A DNA stretch of 58,250 nucleotides. Source: Verrucomicrobiales bacterium. Its GTDB lineage: Bacteria > Verrucomicrobiota > Verrucomicrobiia > Limisphaerales > UBA9464. Within the stretch, counting starts at the first letter, position 1, and every line of letters starts with the position of its first letter. The stretch spans positions 1 to 58,250 of the forward strand of contig JAIXXC010000228.1 of the NCBI GenBank assembly GCA_027490985.1, written 5' to 3'. Shown here piece after piece: positions 9,324-19,234 of this stretch. A model generated the notes under the pieces. It did not search any database. It worked only from the letters and a program-made list of their open reading frames with translations, and was not told where the DNA came from. Both the position numbers and the translations under genes were made by a program.

Positions 9324-11519
9324 ATGTTTGATCTGGGATCGCTCAACCCACAGCAACGGGCCGCCGTGGTCACCCACTCCGGTCCGGTCCTGATCCTGGC
9401 CGGGGCCGGCACCGGCAAGACCCGCACCCTCACCTGCCGCATCGCCCACATGATCGGCAAGGGCATCGCGCCGGGTCACATCCTGTCGGTCACCTTCACC
9501 AACAAGGCGGCCAAGGAGATGCTCGAGCGGGTCAACGAAATGATCCCCAAGGTGCCCCGGTCGCGTCGGGAAGCCGGCGCCCCCGAAGACCCGTTTCTCG
9601 AACGCCCCACCCTGAGCACGTTCCACTCGCTGTGTGTGCGGATCCTCCGGCAGCACATCGAGAAACTGGGCTACAAGAAGAACTTCGTGATCTACGACAC
9701 CGGCGACCAGCTCGCCGCGATGAAGAAGATCCTGAGCCAGATCTCGGCCAAGGGTGAGAAGACCGATGCCGGGGCGGTGCTGTCCATGCTCAGCAAGTTC
9801 AAGAACGGCGGCAGCCGCGGCGGCTTCGAGGACCCCTCGGTCCGCGCGCTGGCCGAACATGTGGCCCGCCGCTACGAGAGCGCCCTCCACGCCTGCAACG
9901 CGGTCGATTTCGACGACCTCATCCTCCTGACCCTCCGACTGTTCCGCGAGCACCCCGACGCCCTCGAGGCCTGCCGTCGCAAGTACCGCTACGTGATGGT
10001 CGACGAATACCAGGACACCAACGCCAGCCAGTTCGAGCTCATCCATCATCTGGCCGGCGTGTCGCGCAATCTGTGCGTGGTGGGCGACGACGACCAGTCC
10101 ATCTACGGATGGCGCGGGGCGGAAATCGCCAACATCCTCGACCTCGAGAAGCACTACCCCGAGGTCAAGATCATCAAGCTCGAGCAGAATTACCGCTCCA
10201 CCAACACGATCCTCAAGGCGGCCAACGCCGTGATCCGGCAGAACACCCGACGACGCGAGAAGAGCCTGTGGTCGGCCAAGGGCGACGGCAGCAAGATCAC
10301 CCTGTACGCCTTCGACACCGACGAGACCGAGGGACGGACCGTGGTGGAGAACATCGAGTACGACCGGCTCACCCGGCAGATCCCCTGGGGCAAGCAGGCG
10401 ATCCTCTTCCGCACCAACATCCAGTCGCGCCCGATCGAAGCGGCCCTGCGCAAGGCGCGGGTGCGCTACCGACTCATCGGCGGCCAGAGCTTCTTCGACC
10501 GCAGCGAGATCAAGGACATCCTCGCCTACCTGAAGACCTTCGTGAATCCGAACGACGATGTGAACCTGCTGCGCATCGCCAACAAGCCGGCCCGGGGTCT
10601 CAGCGATGTCACCATGGAGCGGCTCCTGGCCTTCAGCGCCGAGCGCAAGGCCAGCGTGTACACGGTGATGCGGCACACCGACGTGCTGGCCTCCTTCCAG
10701 GCCCGCACCCGCGATGCCATCACCGGCTTCGCCCACTGGATCGACACGACACGCGCCCCCCTGCTCCAGGATTCACCGATCTGCCTGAGCAACTGGGCCG
10801 ACCATTGGCTCGAGGAGACCGGCTATCTGGCCGACCTGCGCCGCGGCGAGAAGAATCAGGACGTGGCCGACAACCGGGTCCGGAACATCCAGGAACTGCT
10901 CGACGATCTGGACGGCGACCTGACGGCCGAGGCTCGCCGCAAGAAGCGCGAGGCCACGGCCCCCAAGAAGGCGGCCAAGCCGGTGGACCTCGAGAACGAC
11001 CCGGAGGGACTGCTCTCCGACATGACGGCCGCCCCCCGTCCCAGCGGGCCCCTGTTGCCCGATGCGGCCCCCGAGTACCTCGGCAAACCCATGGACCGGC
11101 TCGATGAGTTTTTGGCAGGCGTGACCCTCGATCAGGAACGCGAGGAGGAGAAGGATTCCACGGGCGACCAGGTCACCCTCATCACCCTGCATGCGGCCAA
11201 GGGACTCGAGTTCCCCCATGTGCACATCATCGGGGTCGAAGACGGCCTCCTGCCCCACTCGCGCAGCAAGGACGAAGGCACCCTCGATGAGGAACGGCGT
11301 CTGTTCTACGTGGGCATCACCCGGGCCCAGGAGACCCTGCGCATCAGCCACTGCTCCGGTCGGCGGCGCTACGATCAGGTGATGCCCTGTCACCCGTCCC
11401 CCTTCCTGCGCGAACTGCCTCCCGAATGCGTGGAAGACGCCGACGAGGCCGCGGCACGCCCGGTCGACAAGGACGATGGGGGTGATTGGTTCAAAGCCAT
11501 GCGCGAAGCCTTGGAATGA
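9324..11519 (+). CDS. UvrD/Rep/PcrA superfamily 1 DNA helicase
   Basis: AGAGTGKT, TFTNKAAKEM, STFHS, VDEYQDTN, VGDDDQSIYGWRGA, LEQNYRS, TLHAAKGLEF, EERRLFYVGITRA. Confidence 0.96.
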   Translation: MFDLGSLNPQQRAAVVTHSGPVLILAGAGTGKTRTLTCRIAHMIGKGIAPGHILSVTFTNKAAKEMLERVNEMIPKVPRSRREAGAPEDPFLERPTLSTFHSLCVRILRQHIEKLGYKKNFVIYDTGDQLAAMKKILSQISAKGEKTDAGAVLSMLSKFKNGGSRGGFEDPSVRALAEHVARRYESALHACNAVDFDDLILLTLRLFREHPDALEACRRKYRYVMVDEYQDTNASQFELIHHLAGVSRNLCVVGDDDQSIYGWRGAEIANILDLEKHYPEVKIIKLEQNYRSTNTILKAANAVIRQNTRRREKSLWSAKGDGSKITLYAFDTDETEGRTVVENIEYDRLTRQIPWGKQAILFRTNIQSRPIEAALRKARVRYRLIGGQSFFDRSEIKDILAYLKTFVNPNDDVNLLRIANKPARGLSDVTMERLLAFSAERKASVYTVMRHTDVLASFQARTRDAITGFAHWIDTTRAPLLQDSPICLSNWADHWLEETGYLADLRRGEKNQDVADNRVRNIQELLDDLDGDLTAEARRKKREATAPKKAAKPVDLENDPEGLLSDMTAAPRPSGPLLPDAAPEYLGKPMDRLDEFLAGVTLDQEREEEKDSTGDQVTLITLHAAKGLEFPHVHIIGVEDGLLPHSRSKDEGTLDEERRLFYVGITRAQETLRISHCSGRRRYDQVMPCHPSPFLRELPPECVEDADEAAARPVDKDDGGDWFKAMREALE

Positions 11520-11552
11520 ACCCGGACCCCATGGCACGCTCGATTTCATTCT

Positions 11553-12467
11553 GTGTTCTTCCGAGTCGTTGAATGGTTCCTGTCGGCCCTGCTGGGCGCG
11601 ATCCGCTGCCTGCCGCTGATGACGGTGGCCCGATTGGGGCGCCTGCTGGGCGGTCTGGCCTGCCGGATCGACCGACGTCACCGACTCGTGGCCGAAGACA
11701 ACATCGCCCGGTCCTTCCCCGAGATGAGTCCCGCCGAGGTCCGGGCGCTGGCGCTCGAGAACTTCCGACGGGTGGGAGAGGCCTACGCCTGCGCCATCCG
11801 AACTCCGGGCATGGATCCGAAGGAGTTGGCCGATCGCATCGAGTTCGTGGGGCTTGCCGACCTGCTTCAGAGCGGAGCCGATCGATTGGTCGTGGCGACC
11901 GGCCATTTCGGGGGCTTCGACCTGCTGGCGCATGTTCAAGGGCATTGGCCCGATTGGCGTCTGGCGACCACCTACCGGGCCCAACGATTCGCTCCGCTCA
12001 ACACGGTCCTCCAGCGCTTGCGAAGCCTGACCGGAGTGTGGTTCATCGAACGGCACGACGCGACCCATGCCGTTTCTCGGCTCTTCAGCAATAAAAAGAC
12101 CATTCTGGCCCTGTTCTCGGACCAACACGGTGGGGGTAAGGGGCTGTGGTTGCCCTTTCTCGGGCGTCACAGCTCTTGCAGTCCGGCTCCGGGCGTCATG
12201 GCCTTGCGCTACAAGGCGGCCTTGACCATGGCCATCTGCTACCGCACCGGACTGGCGCGCTGGCGGATCGAAGTCGGTCCGGTGATCCCGACACACAACG
12301 AACAGGGCCAAGAGCGACCCATCGAGGCCATCATCCAGGATGTCCAGATCCAGTACGAGATCGCCGTGCGGCGGGACCCGGCCAACTGGTTCTGGGTGCA
12401 CCGCCGCTGGAAGCCCCCCTCGGCCCATCAACGGGCCCAGAGCCAAGCCACCACTCCCGTGCCATGA
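11553..12467 (+). CDS. lipid A late acyltransferase (LpxL/HtrB-like)
   Basis: H-x4-D catalytic motif (TGHFGGFD), SDQH, PANWFWVHRRWK; stop overlaps the waaF start. Confidence 0.85.
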   Translation: MFFRVVEWFLSALLGAIRCLPLMTVARLGRLLGGLACRIDRRHRLVAEDNIARSFPEMSPAEVRALALENFRRVGEAYACAIRTPGMDPKELADRIEFVGLADLLQSGADRLVVATGHFGGFDLLAHVQGHWPDWRLATTYRAQRFAPLNTVLQRLRSLTGVWFIERHDATHAVSRLFSNKKTILALFSDQHGGGKGLWLPFLGRHSSCSPAPGVMALRYKAALTMAICYRTGLARWRIEVGPVIPTHNEQGQERPIEAIIQDVQIQYEIAVRRDPANWFWVHRRWKPPSAHQRAQSQATTPVP

Positions 12468-13594
12468 ACACCGAAACCCCGGGGCACATCCTCATTCGGG
12501 GCGTGAATTGGCTGGGCGACGCCGTCATGACCACCCCGGCGGTCCTGCGCCTCCGCGAACGATTTCCCGAAGCGCGGATCACCCTGCTCTGCCCAGAAAA
12601 GCTGCAAGACCTGTGGGTCTCCCATCCCGCCGTGGATGCCGTGCGCACCTTCAAGGCCGGTGAGGGGCTCGGTTCGGTCGCCCACGGCCTGCGCTCGATT
12701 GGCGCCGATCTGGCGGTGGTCTTGCCCAACTCGTTCCGATCGGCGCTCGAGGTGTGGTGGGCGGGCATTCCGCGACGGGTCGGTTCCGGACGTTTCCCAC
12801 GGACCCTGTTCCTCACCGACCGCGTCGCGGCCGACCCGGGTGTCGTGCGCATGCGCAAGCGCACCGAGGCGGAGGTGCGGCGGCTGACCGGATCCCCCGG
12901 AGCCCGGCCAACACCCCGCACCGTCTACCCGACCGCGTCCCATCAACTGCACCACTACCTCCGATTGGTGGCCCCTCTGGGGGCCCGACCGGAGCCGCTC
13001 CCGCCCAGCCTCACGCCCCCCCCTGCCGCCACCCGCACGATGACCGATCGACTCGGAATCGCGCTCGGCTCCGGAAAGCCCCTCGTGGGGCTCAATGCCG
13101 GAGCCGAATACGGACCGGCCAAGCGCTGGCCCCTGGAGCGCTTCACTGAAGCGGCCCGCGGACTGGCCCAGCGAACGGGTTGCCACTTCGTGCTGTTCGG
13201 CGGCAAGGCCGATCAGGCCCTCGCGGAAGACCTGAGCAACCGTCTGCAAGGGCTCCCGGTCACCTCGCTGGCCGGCGCCACCACGCTCGCCGAATTGATG
13301 GCGGCCCTGGCCTTGTGTCGGGTGGTGATCACCAACGACACGGGACCCATGCACCTGGCCGCGGCCCTGGGTGTCCCGGTGGTGACGCCGTTCGGCAGCA
13401 CTTCGCCCGAACTCACCGGCCCCGGGCTTCCGGGCGATCCGCGCCACCACCTGCTGCTGGGCTCGGCCTCGTGCGCCCCGTGCTTCCTGCGCCAATGCCC
13501 GGTGGATTTCCGGTGCATGGATTCCATCCCGGCCGATCGCGTGGTGAACGCGGCCCTCGAGGTGCTGTCCGGTCGTTCAGGCACCCCCGCCTGA
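12464..13594 (+). CDS. waaF: LPS heptosyltransferase II (GT9)
   Basis: NWLGDAVMT, LPNSFRSA, GAEYGPAKRWP, TNDTGPMHLAAA, CAPCFLRQCP; start at ATG 12464. Confidence 0.92.
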   Translation: MNTETPGHILIRGVNWLGDAVMTTPAVLRLRERFPEARITLLCPEKLQDLWVSHPAVDAVRTFKAGEGLGSVAHGLRSIGADLAVVLPNSFRSALEVWWAGIPRRVGSGRFPRTLFLTDRVAADPGVVRMRKRTEAEVRRLTGSPGARPTPRTVYPTASHQLHHYLRLVAPLGARPEPLPPSLTPPPAATRTMTDRLGIALGSGKPLVGLNAGAEYGPAKRWPLERFTEAARGLAQRTGCHFVLFGGKADQALAEDLSNRLQGLPVTSLAGATTLAELMAALALCRVVITNDTGPMHLAAALGVPVVTPFGSTSPELTGPGLPGDPRHHLLLGSASCAPCFLRQCPVDFRCMDSIPADRVVNAALEVLSGRSGTPA

Positions 13595-13598
13595 GCCC

Positions 13599-13635
13599 GA
13601 TCGACCCCAGCGGATCGACCCCAGCGGATCCCCCC
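13599..13635 (+). repeat. short tandem repeat (GATCGACCCCAGCG x2 plus a partial copy)
   Basis: identical 14-mers at 13599-13612 and 13613-13626, then GATCCCCCC. Confidence 0.8.
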
Positions 13636-13805
13636 ACCAGGGCGACTCGCTCAGGAAGGCCCGGAATGGGCCGGGCTTTCGGAATCGAGCCCAAGGCCGT
13701 TGATCCGCCTGCCGGACACCCGCCTGGTTGACGCGTTCCGGAGCGACGCGGAGTCCGGGCTTTCCTCCCTGGGGGCAATCCTGCTACAGCCTCCGGTCAC
13801 TCCCC

Positions 13806-16800
13806 ATGCGCAGGTTTCCGCGGTTCCTCATCGCAGGCTGGGCCCTTGGAATGGCCGTCCTGGCCCAATCCCGGGCTCCGGAACCGGTGTGGCGTGAGGT
13901 TCCCGGAGGGCGAATCCGCTCGCTGTCGGTGTCCTCGGGGACGACGGTCGGCTTCACCCGGATGCCATCGACGATCACGGGGGTTTCCGTGACCAACGCG
14001 GTGAGCGAAGCCTCGATGGCCAACAACCGGATCCTGGAGAACGGCTCCGGGGTGGCCCTCGGGGATGTCGATGGAGACGGGCTGTGCGACCTGTATTTCG
14101 CGCGGCTCGAGGGATCCAACGCATTGTACCTCAACCGCGGTGGCTGGCGTTTCGAGCGCCAGGCCGAGGGGGGCGGTGCCGCCTGTGCCGACCAACCGAG
14201 CACGGGCACGGTGTTGGCCGACGTCGATGGCGACGGGGATCTCGATCTGCTGGTCAACGGGATCGGCGTGGGCACGCGACTGTTCCTGAATGACGGATCC
14301 GGACACTTCACCGAATCCACCCGGCACCGGCTCGCGAAACGGCTCGGGGCCACCTCGCTGGCGCTGGCCGACATCGATGGCGATGGCGATCTCGATCTGT
14401 ACGTCACGAATTATCGGACCACCACCTTCAAGGATCATCCGCCCGGATTGCGGGTCGAGGCTCGCCGGGAAGCCGACGGATCCATCCGTGTCACACCGGA
14501 AGACCGGTTCATCGCGGTGGGCGAACGGGACGGCAGCGCCGAGATCCTGGAACGGGGAGAGCGGGACTTCCTCTACCTCAATCGCGGCGGCGGCGACTTC
14601 GCCCCGGTTTCCTGGACCGAAGGCACCTTCCTCGACGAGGACGGTCGCAAACTGGAGTCGCCCCCCACCGACTGGGGCTTGAGCGTGATGTTCCGCGACC
14701 TGAATGGCGACGGGTGGCCCGACCTCTACGTGTGCAACGACTTCGTGCACTGGAAAGACCGCGTCTGGCTCAACCGTGCCGGGGCCGGTTTCCAGGCGGC
14801 TCCGCGCACCCTCTTCCGGAACCAGAGCCTCAGCTCCATGGCCGTGGACGCGGCCGACCTCAATCGCGACGGCCTGGTGGACCTCTTCGTGGTGGACATG
14901 GTCAGCCGCGATCAGGAGCGCCGGGCCTGGCAGCGGCCGAACACCATGGCCTCGGTGTTGCGCCCGCCGGTCCAAGATCCGGCCTTCCGGCCCGAAGTCA
15001 CCCGCAACACCTTGCATGTGGCGCGGGCCGGAGGTCCCTTCGCCGAGATCGCCCAGTTCGCGGGTCTGGCCGCCACCGAGTGGTCATGGAGCGCGGTCTT
15101 CATCGATGTGGATCTGGACGGGTGGGAAGACCTGCTGGTGGCCAACGGCAACGCCCACGATGTGCAGCATGCCGACATCCTGGCCGCCCAATCGCGGGAG
15201 CGGAGCACTCCCAGCGCCGAACAACGGCTGCGGAACCTCTCGCGATTCCCGCGACTCGACACCGCCAACCTCGCCTTCCGCAATCAGCACAACCTGCGAT
15301 TCGAAGACCGCAGTCGGGAATGGGGCTTCCAGGATCGCGGCGTGACCACGGCCATGGCGCTGGCCGACCTCGACAACGATGGCGACCTCGATGTGGTGAC
15401 CTGCAATCTGGGCGACGCCGTGGGCCTCCACCGCAACGAATCCGGCGCCCCGCGGGTGGCGGTGAGCCTGAAGGGCACCGGCGGCAACACGCACGGGATC
15501 GGCGCTCGCATCGTCGTCGAAGGGGGCCCGGTTTCCCAAAGCCAGGAAATGGCCGCCGGAGGGCGTTATCTGTCCGGAGACCAGGCCTTGAGGGTCTTCG
15601 CCGCCCGACCCGATCGGCCTCTGACGGTCGAAGTCCATTGGCCCGGCGACACGATCAGCCGGATGACCGGCATCCCGCCCAACTCGCACCTCGAGATCCG
15701 GGAAGATTCAGCCCGCCCTCTGGCCAAGACCCCGTCGGCAGCCACTGGTGCAGATGCCGTCACCAGCACAGGCGACGGATTGTTCGAGGAAATCTCCGCC
15801 GCACTGAACCATCGCGATCCACCGCGCCCGTCCCAGGATCTGGAACGGCAACCCCTGCTGCCTCGAACCCTGTCCACCGAAGGACCGGGAGTGGCCTTCT
15901 TCGACATCGACACCGACGGATTCGACGACCTGCTCCTGGCCGGACGCGGAGAATGGCTCGTTTTCCGGAACGACCGCGCCGGGGGCTTCCAACCGAGACC
16001 CGACCTGAGCCTCAAGGCCGGGCAGGCCCATTCCGTGACCGGCATCGCCGCCGCCTTGGACCGGCAGGGAATCGCGCTGGCCACCGGTCATCAACCGACC
16101 GCCGGGAGCAACGGTCCCGCGGCCCTGGGCTCACTGCTGCGGACCAACCAATCCCAGAGCCTCGGCGAGTCGCTTCAGGCTTCGGGCAGCGTCGTCCTGG
16201 CCGACTGGGATTCCGACGGAGCGCTGGATCTGGCGGTAGCCGGTCGATACCTCCCCGGGCGCTGGCCCGAATCGGCCGACACACGCCTTTTCCGAAACCA
16301 GGGTGGCCAGTACACCCCCTGGATCACTCTCACCAACACCGGTCTGGCCACGGGGTTGATCGGCACCGACCTCACGGGCGACGGCAAACCGGAGTTGGTC
16401 GTGGCGGCCGAATTCGGGCCGTTGCGGTTTTTCCAATCCGACGGAACGACGCTGCGCCCCTGGAATCCGGCGTTGATGACCGCCGACGGCCGCTCTGCCG
16501 ACTGGCTCGACTACCAGGGACGCTGGACCGGGCTCACCGCGGCCGACTTCGACAACGACGGCCGACTCGACCTCGCCGCCGGCAACTGGGGCTGGAACTT
16601 CGGCGAAGGCCGCATCGACCCCGCTCGGGATCCGGTGCGCATCACCTATGCGGAGTTCCTGCCGGGCACGGTCGCTCCGCTGATCCACGCCTGGGATCCG
16701 GTCCACCGACGCGAGGTACCCTGGCGGGAACTGTCGGCCGTCCGCGAAGCCTTGCCGTTCGCCGCCGAGACGGTTCCCTCCCATGAGGCCTATGGTCGGG

Positions 16801-17501
16801 GTGGTCTGGAACGCTTGCTGGGCCCCCACGCTCAAGGCGCGCACCGGGTGGAGTCGCGGTGGCACGCGTCCACGGTGTTCCTCAACCGGGGCGATCGCTT
16901 CGAGGTCCGGGCCCTGCCGGCCGAAGCCCAGTGGGCCCCGGCCTTCGGCCTCACCGCCGCCGATTTCAATGGCGACGGCTTCCAGGATCTCTTCCTCGCG
17001 CAGAACTTCTTCGGGGTCGACGCCGAGACCTCCCGGCATGACGCCGGCTTGGGCCTCCTGTTGACCGGGGATGGTCGCGGGAATTTCAAGGCCCTGTCTC
17101 CGGCGGCCTCCGGCATCGTGTTGCCCGGCGAGGGCCGAGGCAGTGCGGTCGGTGATTTCGACCTCGATGGGCGGGTCGATCTCGTGGTCACCCAGCAGGC
17201 CGGTCCCACCGCCCTGCTCCACAACCGCGCCGCCCGCCCGGGCTGGGGATTGCGGCTCGAGCAACCCGGCTCGAATCCGCTGGCCATCGGTGCGGTGGTG
17301 CGCGCCGAATTCGGCAGCGCCAGCGGGCCGGCCATCGAAATCCGGGCCGGCTCGGGCTGGTGGTCGCAAGACTCGTCGCGGGTGCTGATCACCGGCCTCC
17401 AGCCCCCCACCGCGGTCCACATCCGCTGGCCCGGAGGCGCCCAACAACGCCATCCGTGGAGCCCGAATGTCCGGGAGATGCGCATCCGCCGGGTCCCTTG
17501 A
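13806..17501 (+). CDS. exported FG-GAP/VCBS-repeat protein with two ASPIC/UnbV-like domains (CRTAC1-like)
   Basis: many DxDGDGxxDL repeats; NTHGIGARIVV...GGRYLS and NPLAIGAVVR...GSGWWSQDS ASPIC/UnbV-type segments; signal peptide from ATG 13806. Confidence 0.9.
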   Translation: MRRFPRFLIAGWALGMAVLAQSRAPEPVWREVPGGRIRSLSVSSGTTVGFTRMPSTITGVSVTNAVSEASMANNRILENGSGVALGDVDGDGLCDLYFARLEGSNALYLNRGGWRFERQAEGGGAACADQPSTGTVLADVDGDGDLDLLVNGIGVGTRLFLNDGSGHFTESTRHRLAKRLGATSLALADIDGDGDLDLYVTNYRTTTFKDHPPGLRVEARREADGSIRVTPEDRFIAVGERDGSAEILERGERDFLYLNRGGGDFAPVSWTEGTFLDEDGRKLESPPTDWGLSVMFRDLNGDGWPDLYVCNDFVHWKDRVWLNRAGAGFQAAPRTLFRNQSLSSMAVDAADLNRDGLVDLFVVDMVSRDQERRAWQRPNTMASVLRPPVQDPAFRPEVTRNTLHVARAGGPFAEIAQFAGLAATEWSWSAVFIDVDLDGWEDLLVANGNAHDVQHADILAAQSRERSTPSAEQRLRNLSRFPRLDTANLAFRNQHNLRFEDRSREWGFQDRGVTTAMALADLDNDGDLDVVTCNLGDAVGLHRNESGAPRVAVSLKGTGGNTHGIGARIVVEGGPVSQSQEMAAGGRYLSGDQALRVFAARPDRPLTVEVHWPGDTISRMTGIPPNSHLEIREDSARPLAKTPSAATGADAVTSTGDGLFEEISAALNHRDPPRPSQDLERQPLLPRTLSTEGPGVAFFDIDTDGFDDLLLAGRGEWLVFRNDRAGGFQPRPDLSLKAGQAHSVTGIAAALDRQGIALATGHQPTAGSNGPAALGSLLRTNQSQSLGESLQASGSVVLADWDSDGALDLAVAGRYLPGRWPESADTRLFRNQGGQYTPWITLTNTGLATGLIGTDLTGDGKPELVVAAEFGPLRFFQSDGTTLRPWNPALMTADGRSADWLDYQGRWTGLTAADFDNDGRLDLAAGNWGWNFGEGRIDPARDPVRITYAEFLPGTVAPLIHAWDPVHRREVPWRELSAVREALPFAAETVPSHEAYGRGGLERLLGPHAQGAHRVESRWHASTVFLNRGDRFEVRALPAEAQWAPAFGLTAADFNGDGFQDLFLAQNFFGVDAETSRHDAGLGLLLTGDGRGNFKALSPAASGIVLPGEGRGSAVGDFDLDGRVDLVVTQQAGPTALLHNRAARPGWGLRLEQPGSNPLAIGAVVRAEFGSASGPAIEIRAGSGWWSQDSSRVLITGLQPPTAVHIRWPGGAQQRHPWSPNVREMRIRRVP

Positions 17502-17556
17502 TCCCGCCGGTTTCCTGTTTGCCCGCTCGGAGGCCTTGGCGGATTGTCAGGGCCGA

Positions 17557-18090
17557 ATGTCGTATTCCGAAGACCTCATCCTCCGTGCCCGGCGGGTTCG
17601 CCTGTTCCTCTGCGACGTCGACGGGGTGCTCACCGACGCGACCGTGAGCATGGGTGGCGGATCCGAGACCAAGGTGTTCCACATCCGGGATGGTCTGGGG
17701 CTCCGGCTGCTGCAGACCGAGGCCTCCATCCGCGTGGGCTGGGTTTCGGCCCGTCCGAGCGAAGCCACCGTCCAGCGGGCCCAGGATCTGAAGATCGATT
17801 TCCTGCATCAGTCCTCCGGCCCGAAGGTCGCCGCGATCGAAGCCTGGCTGAAGGAGACGAACGTCACCTGGGACGAGGTGCTTTACATGGGGGACGATTG
17901 GGTGGATCTGGCCGCGCTCAAGCGGGCCGGGCTGGCCATCGCCCCGGCCGATGCCATCGACGAGGCCCGCCGCATCGCCCATTGGGTCACCCAGAAACCC
18001 GGAGGCCACGGCGCCGTCCGTGAGGCGGTCGATCTGCTGCTCAAGGCCCAAGGGCACTGGGAACGGATGATCGAGAAATTCGCTTCCTAA
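17557..18090 (+). CDS. kdsC: KDO 8-phosphate phosphatase (HAD superfamily)
   Basis: CDVDGVLTD, RDGLG, YMGDDWVD, GGHGAVRE; lies upstream of the lpt genes. Confidence 0.9.
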   Translation: MSYSEDLILRARRVRLFLCDVDGVLTDATVSMGGGSETKVFHIRDGLGLRLLQTEASIRVGWVSARPSEATVQRAQDLKIDFLHQSSGPKVAAIEAWLKETNVTWDEVLYMGDDWVDLAALKRAGLAIAPADAIDEARRIAHWVTQKPGGHGAVREAVDLLLKAQGHWERMIEKFAS

Positions 18091-18120
18091 CCCGCGGCCC
18101 CGATTCCAAGACTTCGCACC

Positions 18121-18645
18121 ATGTCCTTGTCTCGCCTCCGATCGCCGCTGGTCTCCCTGCTGGGACTCCTGGCCCACGGGGCCTTGGCCGAGGGAGCCGG
18201 AACCAACGGCGCCCCGGGCGCACTCCCGGCGACAGCCCCCAGCGGTGCCGCGGCCGCCACGATCCGGCAGTGGGGCATCAGCCTGCGCGACAGCGTGACA
18301 GGCCGCCTCCAATTGAGATTCTCATCGACCGAAGCCACCCCCGTCGCCTCGGGCAAGGGAGGTCTGGTCCCGGCGTTGTGGGATGTCACGGGCCTCCGCC
18401 TTGAGTCCTTCCGCCCCGACGAGACCTCCGACTTCATCATCGAATCGCCCTCCTGCCGGGTGAATGTGGCCCAGCACGACGTCGGTTCACCCGGCACCTT
18501 CACCGCCCGACGGGAAACCGACGGCATCGCCGTGAACGGCCGCGGATTTCAATTCGAGGGTGCCGAACGTCGGCTCACCGTCACCAACTCGGTCCACATC
18601 GAACTGCGCACCCGCCTCTTCCAGCCCAAAACCGCAACCCCATGA
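18121..18645 (+). CDS. lptC: LptC-like LPS export periplasmic protein
   Basis: position between kdsC and lptA/lptB; N-terminal hydrophobic leader; beta-rich sequence (VNGRGFQF, LTVTNSVHIEL). Confidence 0.5.
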   Translation: MSLSRLRSPLVSLLGLLAHGALAEGAGTNGAPGALPATAPSGAAAATIRQWGISLRDSVTGRLQLRFSSTEATPVASGKGGLVPALWDVTGLRLESFRPDETSDFIIESPSCRVNVAQHDVGSPGTFTARRETDGIAVNGRGFQFEGAERRLTVTNSVHIELRTRLFQPKTATP

Positions 18646-19232
18646 TCCGCCGCGTCCTCGCTCCCCTCTTCGGCCCCTTCCTGGCTTCAGTCCTGGCCCT
18701 GTCTCTGGGCTCCGGTTCGGCACAGGCCCAGCAACAGGACAAGATCCTGTTGTCCGCCACCAACTGCGTGCTGGAACTCGAAAAGGGCGTCTACCACCTC
18801 TGGGACCATGTCCGGGTGGAATCCCCCGGGGTCCTGCTCATCACCTGCGACGACCTCCGGGCTTCCCTGCCCCAGGACAAGGCCTCGGGCGCTGCGAGCC
18901 CCCTGCCCACCGGAGGCAAACTCCAGTCGCTCATCGCCTCGGGCGGAGTGGCGATCGAACTGTACCAGCCCGGTGCGAACGGCTCGACCAATGTGGTGCG
19001 GGCCTTCGGCAAGCAGGCCGAATACGGCTCCCAGGAGGAGATCCTGATCCTGACCGGAGAACCCCGCATCGAAACGGCCTCGGGCTCCATGATCGGCACC
19101 GAAGCGCTCATCTACGACCTCAAGTCCCGGACGATGCGCAACCGCGGATCCTATCGCATCGAACTCAGGTCGGACATCCTGAAGGGGTCGACGCTCTTCA
19201 ACCGCGGAACCAACGCCCCGAAATCCCGCTGA
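18642..19232 (+). CDS. lptA: LptA/OstA-like LPS transport protein
   Basis: signal peptide; ITCDDL, LIASGGVAI, AEYG..EILILTGEPRI, LIYDL OstA-like pattern; directly upstream of lptB. Confidence 0.65.
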   Translation: MIRRVLAPLFGPFLASVLALSLGSGSAQAQQQDKILLSATNCVLELEKGVYHLWDHVRVESPGVLLITCDDLRASLPQDKASGAASPLPTGGKLQSLIASGGVAIELYQPGANGSTNVVRAFGKQAEYGSQEEILILTGEPRIETASGSMIGTEALIYDLKSRTMRNRGSYRIELRSDILKGSTLFNRGTNAPKSR

Positions 19233-19234
19233 CC

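Noticed and set aside
13656-13679. small hairpins after waaF (13656-13679), ribF (about 49570-49615) and accC (55628-55645)
   Set aside because: Short stems with weak or absent U-tracts in GC-rich DNA; possible terminators but not well supported.
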